Shown here: in pieces, positions 55,362-64,000 of the stretch
How positions within the stretch are numbered: position 1 is the first letter of the stretch
Layout of the letters: every line of letters starts with the position of its first letter
NCBI RefSeq assembly: GCF_009914755.1
Contig: NC_060930.1
Reading direction: 5' to 3' (one strand)
DNA: 64,000 nucleotides
Origin: the human T2T-CHM13v2.0 reference genome, Homo sapiens
Notes under the pieces: model-generated
What the model saw: only the letters and a program-made list of their open reading frames with translations
Told to the model about the DNA's origin: nothing
Databases searched by the model: none
Translations under genes and position numbers: made by a program

Positions 55362-57622
55362 TGATTGAGCTGGAATATTTCTTCTTGAGATTTAGGTAGT
55401 TGTTAGGTGCTGTGTATCATGGACAAATAATGAACTTATTTTTCCCTGTTGGTATTCATAAACAACTGAAATGTATGATTAGGAGATGCATGTTTAGATT
55501 AAGTGTTATGAAAAGGACATGCTTTAAATACCTCCATCCCCCGTGTTCAGTGTGATAGACCTTTAGCAAATAAACACCGCCAGGGTGTTTTTGGTTCATG
55601 GGTATTAATGGCTTCGTTGACAGTTGTTACAGTTGCCGTTTTCTGTATTCAGCTCTGCTATCTCTGAATAAAAATTAGATGCCTTTAGTACTTAAACATC
55701 ACTTATTTAGAATAATATGAAGAGGTGAGAGAGACTAATATAAAAATGTTTATAGATTAAACCTTTTAGCTATTGAAAGGAAGGAAGTATTTTTTTTACT
55801 GAATATATTCCCCTCACATGATTTCCCCCTACTCTTTTGGATAAGGACATGAAGAAATGATTTCTTATATGAAGTCTGTATCTGGTCTTTTCTTCTACAT
55901 GCATTTTATTCCTTCTGTTTTGACAGAGCAAACAACTGTGATTGTAAATAGAAATCTCCATAATTGTATAAGAAGATACAGTGGGTCTCATCGTTGGAAG
56001 CAGAGTGGTCATTAGCTTAAAAGTCTTTTTTTCTTTAGCCTTCAGCCCTGAGGAGCAGTGATAGACCTATGGATTTGGAATGAGCTGCTGTATACTTAGG
56101 ATAAAACAAACAAGATTCTTACAAACTCTCCTGTCTTCTCTCCTGCATTCTTCCTCTTTCTTCGCTTTTCACAATTTCTTACTTTGTGTTTTCTTTATTG
56201 CATAAGTAATACATTATTTATTATAGGATTTTTAGAAAATAGAGAAAGGAAGGAGGGTTTCGATTTATATTTCAATAACTTGTCCCTGATTTCAGAATAA
56301 CTGAGTCACTCATTTTTTAGTAAGTGCAGTAGGGAAACTAACATCTGTTGAGTTGCCTACTCTGTCGAGCACATTTAATCATTGAACTGGGATTGAGAAT
56401 CAGGCTACGAAATTGATACTTGCACAGTTTCCTCTTTTGAAAGTGAAAATATGAGGGGAAGAGGAATTTAGGAAATAAATTTTCCTAAATTGTATGTATG
56501 GAAACCTAAAACAAGGATCACATTGTTGCTTTTGGAGATTCTGTAGAGGGTAAACCCTAACACAATTTTTGAAAAATAATAATTCTAAGTATTGGTTTGT
56601 AATTGTTTGAAACAAAGTAGCTTAAATATTCTCTCATATTTTATCTGTGTATATCTCTCTTTGTTCCAAAAAGAATTTGAAGCAGCTATTTAGTTAGCAG
56701 ATTATTTATGGATAGTTTAAAGATAACTTAGCCATATTCTCTCGTAATGATTATAAGATCTGAACTTGTAAATTTTTACTCTGTGCAGTTTCAGAGTGAA
56801 ATAGCATTTCTCTTTTAATAAACTGTCAGATTTTCTTTTTCTTTAATATACTTTAAGATATGTTAACATTGATTTGTTTCCATTATTTCCCTTAAGGTAT
56901 TAAGTGTCCATTTTTTCTTCTATAGAGATGATTTTCCGTTTCTTTTGTTAAAATTTTTTGTTTATCAATCATTTCTCTTGATTTTGTAGATTTTGATGTG
57001 TTTATTTTCATTATTACTGGAAAGATTGAAAGCCTTCTGTAAGGCACAGAAGGTGGTTCCCAGTTTTTCATAAGCCATGAAGCAAAGGGCTGGGAAAAAA
57101 TTCATATGCTTATGGAATTCTGTGTGTCTGGCATTGGGCTAGGCTCTATAGTATATTGTTCACTTAATCCTAATAACAAACACATCTGATCTAAGGTCAG
57201 CATCATCATTGCTTGGAAAGCTGTTTTTCAGCTTTCCAGGCTGAAAAAGCCCTGAGAAATGGGCTCAGATAAATTAAGCAAGCTCAAAGAGCTGCTTCAA
57301 TGGTAAAGCTGTGATCTGAACCCAGGCCTGTCCAGCTTTCCCTCTCATTCTGTCATTTTACACTATTTTCTTTAGTAGTGAACTAAACTGGTTTATGATC
57401 TATCATCTAATTCGTGCCCCAGTCTCATTATCTGGCAATGTCAGGGCATTCCTTCAGGATGAGAAAAATGCCATGTGACAAAAAGATGCCTAGCTCCCCT
57501 TTACCATCACGTGAGGTCCTGCACACATGGTGGAGTGGGAGAGTGGAAGGGGCACACCCAGTGGTGCCATTTGTATTCTGCCTCATCTGCCTACTAACGA
57601 TGTGGTCTTAACAAGTGGTTGA

Positions 57623-57953
<331 letters not shown>

Positions 57954-58328
57954 AAATTTCATTAGCTTTTAAATGAGGTTAATATTGGCTAATTTGTAAG
58001 GTGATTATGATCTTTGGATATAATGTAGGTAAAACTTTTAAACCTAGTTTCTCACACACACAATAGGTACCTGAGAAATGATAGCTGCTGTTATAGTGAG
58101 TGAAAGCAAAGGATGTTTATACTTTTGAGGAAACATGGATGCTTGATTTTTAAAAAGCAGTCTGCATTGACTCAAAGGCTTCTTAAGCTATTTTTCCTAG
58201 GTATTGTTATCCACCCTTCCAAAAAACAACCAACCACATCTTGGATTTGACTCAAGGCATGAGGGAAAAAATTAGTCTTCTAAAGCTCTCTGGATATGGC
58301 AAGTGTTTGTAGTACTTAAACTTATTGA

Positions 58329-58565
<237 letters not shown>

Positions 58566-59210
58566 TAATTTTAAATGTACTTTGATTGAGATAATGAACT
58601 AAATAATGCCACTGGAGACAATGTCAGAAAAACACACCTGAGGTGCTTATTGCCTTTTTAGTTGTTGGAGAAAACTACACTTAAGTGTTGGATCTTCTTG
58701 GCCTTGTTCATTGTTTTTTTTTGTTTGTTTTGTTTTTGTTTTTTTTTTAAAGAATTGTTGGCCTTCATGACTAAAGAGTGCCCTGCAAGTTGACCAGAGG
58801 TCAATCAGAACCTTTAGATGTGGGAGCAAGGAGCCAAGAAGCCAATACTAGTCACTCAGAACAGGCAGGTCATTGCTAGCATAGCCTGTTTTCTCTGAAG
58901 AGGAATCTCAGCAGTAACGAGGAGTTTTCTTTTTATAACAAAGAGAGTACATTTACAAAACTTAAATACAATTCTGTTCATCCTTGGATTACTGTGAGTT
59001 TGAGTTAGGGAGGGCAGAGCTGGATTATCTAGTTAGTGGCTTCCATGATTTTTCATGTCTGTGAAAATGTTGAAAACATACTAGATGCAGTTTCAGGACA
59101 TGTGGTTTCTTAATATAGTTTGCATATTTTGAATTCCAGAATCTGTGTAGGCATTTTGCCAATGGCATGTAAATTGTGGTTCACAGACCACCAGGCTGCC
59201 TTGTGCATTC

Positions 59211-59503
<293 letters not shown>

Positions 59504-61789
59504 TATGCCTTGTGCATTTTTAATGGTAATCTTTAGGGGCATTTCTAAGGCCAAGGTGGGATGGGAGAGAAGGGGTACTTCAGGCAGTCATATACAGAAA
59601 ATCGTCTTGGTTTCCTCTTTTATGTGATTACCAGTTTCTCTTTACAAAAAGTGCATTTGAAAATATTTTTATTTAGGGTTAAAGCCAGAAGTAGTAAAAT
59701 CACTTGGGGTGGTTGGGGCTGTATGGGGCTGAGGAAATGAGCAGGAAAAAGCAGTATCTTTTAATTTGAGTTATTCTGAGTTTTAATTTAACCATTAAGA
59801 TCACATATATATAGGTAGCTGATGGTTAATGCCTGTGAACCTCTTTTTTTCTCAGTGAGAAATGACTGGTTCTGAAGTAATTCTCATCTTGGGTAAAATC
59901 TTAGTTCAGTGCTGCTAATTATTTGTATTACCAACTTCCAGCAGGGTGTGCTGTTGCTCTGTGTTGTGGTTCAGTGTTAAAGCCAGGGAAAATAGAACAT
60001 CAGTGGTTAAATTGTAAGTTACATTTTTTTGTTGTGTAGGCTTCATTTCTTATAAATGGTAGTTAGCAGTGTAATTGTGATCTAATATCAGCATCATCAC
60101 TGATTGAAAAGCTATTTGGAAAGCTTCTTTGTATTATTTATATATAAATACTTAGGTTTCTTACTTAGTATGAAAATCTTCTCATTTGAGGTGGGTAAAC
60201 TCTTTTTGCCGCAAATGGCAAGAACATTTTGTGCTTTTTTAAATGGTAGAAAATTTTTTTCTCCCTAAATCTCATTTACTTTGTTGAGGTACTAACTTTC
60301 ATGACAGCAAATAAATGTGTCACACAGTGAGTGGTGCCATAAAGTACAGTAATTTTTATTTCTGTGTTGAATTGGTCTTATGAATTTTAAAGGGAAAAAT
60401 ACAGAAAGAGCCACTCCTGTTCTTTTGGAGATTTATTTGGGTCGTTTATGAGCAACCATTAAAAACATGTGGTTCTCTTTGTTCAGTTCAGTACCAGGAA
60501 CTGAAATCTTCCGTTGAACTATTTTTGTTGAAGGATTGGTGATTTTGGAGAATATTCATAAAGCAGTCTGAAGTCATTTTTCTTTTCTTGACTCTTGGAT
60601 AACTTACTTTATTGTTTACCCAGCTAGTTACTTTTAAAGAATACTTAATCAAGTCCTTTAATTTGGTAAACTGTGCTTATTTCAAATGAAAGTTCATGAA
60701 ATCTTTTAAAAAAAGAAAAGCAGCTCAAAGACTTGAATAAACAAACCCCCATTTTATTTGTATCCATCACTAATTCAGAACTAGGTTTCTTTTAGCTTGT
60801 TTTAGTTTTTGAAGACACAGTTCTATTGGTTTGAAATACATAAATATTTTATTTCAATTGTGGTAATTCTTTCATTTCAGTTGATTGCTAAATTATAAAC
60901 ATTATTCAAAGTTTGTTGTGGGGAAGGAACTCCAGTTATATTGTATAAACTAAATGCTATACTTAAATTATCCTTTCCACTCTTAGGTTCAGGAGATAAG
61001 CCCTTCTCTGTAAGCACTGTATGCCATGGCTGCCAGTGTGTTTGATTTTTGCTGCCATGAACTTTGGAACCGTGAATCTAAATTATGGCCCTATCACTGC
61101 CTATCAAGCAAGATGAAGTCCAGCTTTGTCGTGGCTGGTGTCTCCTGAATGGATTAAAAAAAAAAAATGCCCTGAGGTTTATATTGGAGGTAGTCTTTGA
61201 GCCATTCATTACTCATGATTAATATTTGAAACTTAGCACTTAAGTGAAAATCCTTAAGATACTCATTTAAAACTAATAGAACCATCTCAGATTTTATGTA
61301 GAATGTGGTAGAGGATGTGTGTGTGCAAGGAGTTTGTTAAATAAATAGAATCAGAATGCAGTTACAGGTCAGAAATAAGTGGAAAAGACTTCTGAATTGT
61401 AACCAAGTCCATGTATTTTATTCTGCTTTGGAGGCAGAATTGAGTTTAGAACCTTGCCAGACTTTTGTGTGTAAAATAAGACAGCAAGAGCAAACACAGC
61501 AATGACAGTTAATATAAGGAAAGGAAAAGTTATGAGAGCATACCATGCTGTGTCCATTTTTACATGGTGGCAAAAAGCCCAGTGTATTTTAATAGCTTTA
61601 AAGACACTAAGATACATTGCAGGGGAGTAAAGTGATTGCTATTTATAGTGGTATCCCAAATTAATAAGAAAAACTTTATTTCTTTTCAGTGTCATGTTTT
61701 TTTAAAAGGGCGGGATGGCTATAATTCAGTGTAGGAAACATTTTCACAAATGGTTAAAAATAAAAGAGCTTTAGTACTTTTATTTATTC

Positions 61790-61900
61790 ACACATTCAGT
61801 AATTATTACTGCCTATCTACCACGTACTGGATACTGTTCTAGGTCCTGGGGATAACAGCAAGGAACAAGGCAGACAAGTTCTCTGTGTTTGTGGGCTTCA
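61790..61900 (-). mobile_element. L2 3' fragment
   Basis: cattcagtaattattactgcct...actgttctaggtcctggggata...gaacaaggcagacaa. Confidence 0.6.
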
Positions 61901-64000
61901 GTTACCTGGAAAATGCTTAATGTGTGGAGAACCTCGTTTTCTGATGATGCCAGATAAATGAGTCATTACTGTATTTGGGAAGTGCAAATAGAATTTTAAG
62001 TGTTCTAATTTGTTTCTACTTTAAGTGGAAATAGGAAATCATCTGAAGACATAATTATTTTGAGTGAAATAATTTCCAGTGGGTGCAAAAGTGAAATGAG
62101 AAGTCTGAATTTAGGCATGCCGTTAAATTTAATAGTATTTGAAATAGTATCTAAACTGCTGTGTTGAGGAAGTTTGGCTGAAAAGTGGATTTTGTCACGT
62201 TAGCTGTAAAAATGGAAAGGCTTTCCTTAGAGATAGAAAATAGGTCCAGAAGTAATACTACTTCTCCCTGTAATTTACTGGCACAGTCAACTGTAGTCAA
62301 GAAATATTATATAACATAGACTTCTTAGAAGTAAAGTAACTTAAAGAACACAGATAACACACTTAAAATCCTTCTCAGTGTACTTGTAGCTCTTATGAGG
62401 ACCCCTGACTTGTCTGAAGGTTATATTTCTGCAAAATTGGCTGCACAGTAGATCTCATTTTCTCAGTGATTTTCATTATAAAGTCAGATATTTTTACACA
62501 GGAAAAAATTTCCTTAATACTTTAAAGAGGGAAAACTTAGGGCAAGGATTTAGTTAGTAGACAGTTCTGGGTAGAGTGCTATATGTTGTCAGATATCAGC
62601 AGGTTTATGCTTATGTTGCCTTGTGTAGAGGTGGGGGAAGTGACTTGTGGTACAGGAGAGGAATTCACAGTACTTTGGAATACTCTCTCTTTCCCAAATT
62701 CTGTTCTTTGCTATGACCCTTATAGGCACTGACAGATTTCGTAGTTGTCTCTGGTAAGAACTTTATGAGCTGGAACAGACATCCTGATACAACCAGGTTG
62801 CTTCTGTTATGCCTCAACATGAATTGAATTTGTTTTATGCAGTTTACGTATTTCACTTCCTAATGTATGCAGATGTACAGTGCTCTTGTATTGCTTTGTT
62901 CATGTATTACTGTCCTTATAAAGGTTTTTAGTAAGGTTTTGCCTTCCTGGTTAGCATGCTTTTCAGGGATGCAATCTGATGGTTGCTAACTCATAGATGC
63001 AAACAATAATTACTTTCTTGGACCTGCGTCTCATCAGAGTAGAGAAGGTTCACTGATAAAAATGCTGGTAATTGGTATAGAGATTAAAGGAGAATCACTC
63101 ATAGACTCCTGTTGTTTGCAAATGTTTTGGTGATTGAACCACATCTTGACTATTATATGGGATCATATTGCTGATTGATGGACTGGGAAGTGGAGCTCCC
63201 ATTGACTGCCTGTTTATTTTGGGTATCCTTAAACCTGTTTTTCCAGTGGTATAAGGTTATATTCTGGGCCCCCAAGCAAGAGTTTCAGTGAGGGGTGCTC
63301 TTAATGTTTCTGAACCTCACTGTAACGGACTTTTACTGAAGACAGTATTGGAGACCCAAGGATAATGTGTTTATTTTGGAATTACTTAAGCTTAGTAACC
63401 TTAACAAACTTAGCTTGAAAGTAACAGTTACACTTTCATAAGTCCCATACAGCTCCCTTTTGTAATGACCCGAGGAAACACTTATGGTTCCACTGATTCA
63501 TCTCCTGGGGACCATCAGTTTTCCATTGGTCTCTGGCCAGTCTTTTTTAGACAGTTTCTCTTCTATGCATTTAAAAAAATAACATTTCTAGGCGTCTTTC
63601 TATAAATAATACCTGTGCTTTGTAGAAGTTTTAAAAGAAGTAGAAAACATAAGAAAAGGAACCTACTATCCAGACATAATCACCTTAAACATTGTGGTGT
63701 ATATATGCACCCCGCCCCCCCTGCCCCCACATACTCCCATATATCTTTTTTTTTTTTTTAAATGTTTGGATGAAGGTGTTTAAAACTAAACTGGGATCAT
63801 ATTCTACATTTTTCATTTAATAGTTGTAAATATGATTAAACACTAGTTATATTCCACCCTACTTCTAAAAAGGTGGTAAGTGGAACCTTTTTTTCTGTAT
63901 AATTTTTTTGAGAGATATTTGTTTTCTTATAGTTTTATAGCTTGTTAATAAAAGAATTTAGAATTTTAAAATACAAACTGAGGAAAGTAAAAGCTTTTCT

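Overview
Primate (almost certainly human, given an AluYa5 insertion) genomic DNA, recognised from memory as the SPATS1-CDC5L locus (6p21.1). It contains the last two coding exons and probable 3' UTR of SPATS1 (+, ~5.1-8.9 kb), a repeat-rich intergenic stretch, and a CpG-island promoter at ~16.1-16.9 kb. Coding exons 1-14 of CDC5L follow on + (ATG 16570; 2091 coding nt = aa 1-697, all GT-AG and phase-consistent), and the gene continues past the window end. Most ORFs in the supplied track are Alu/L1 artefacts or antisense shadows of real exons. I found no new protein-coding system. The best leads concern splicing architecture of this splicing-factor gene: exons 3 and 13 regenerate a 5' splice site after ligation, a +4 donor at exon 3 creates a stop right after the Myb domain, and exon 11 has an in-frame +24 donor. 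Other leads are a double TCTCGCGAGA promoter, a palindromic AT-rich minisatellite, two L1PA copies sharing non-consensus variants, and a young AluYa5. Repeat family names and boundaries are assigned by eye and are approximate.
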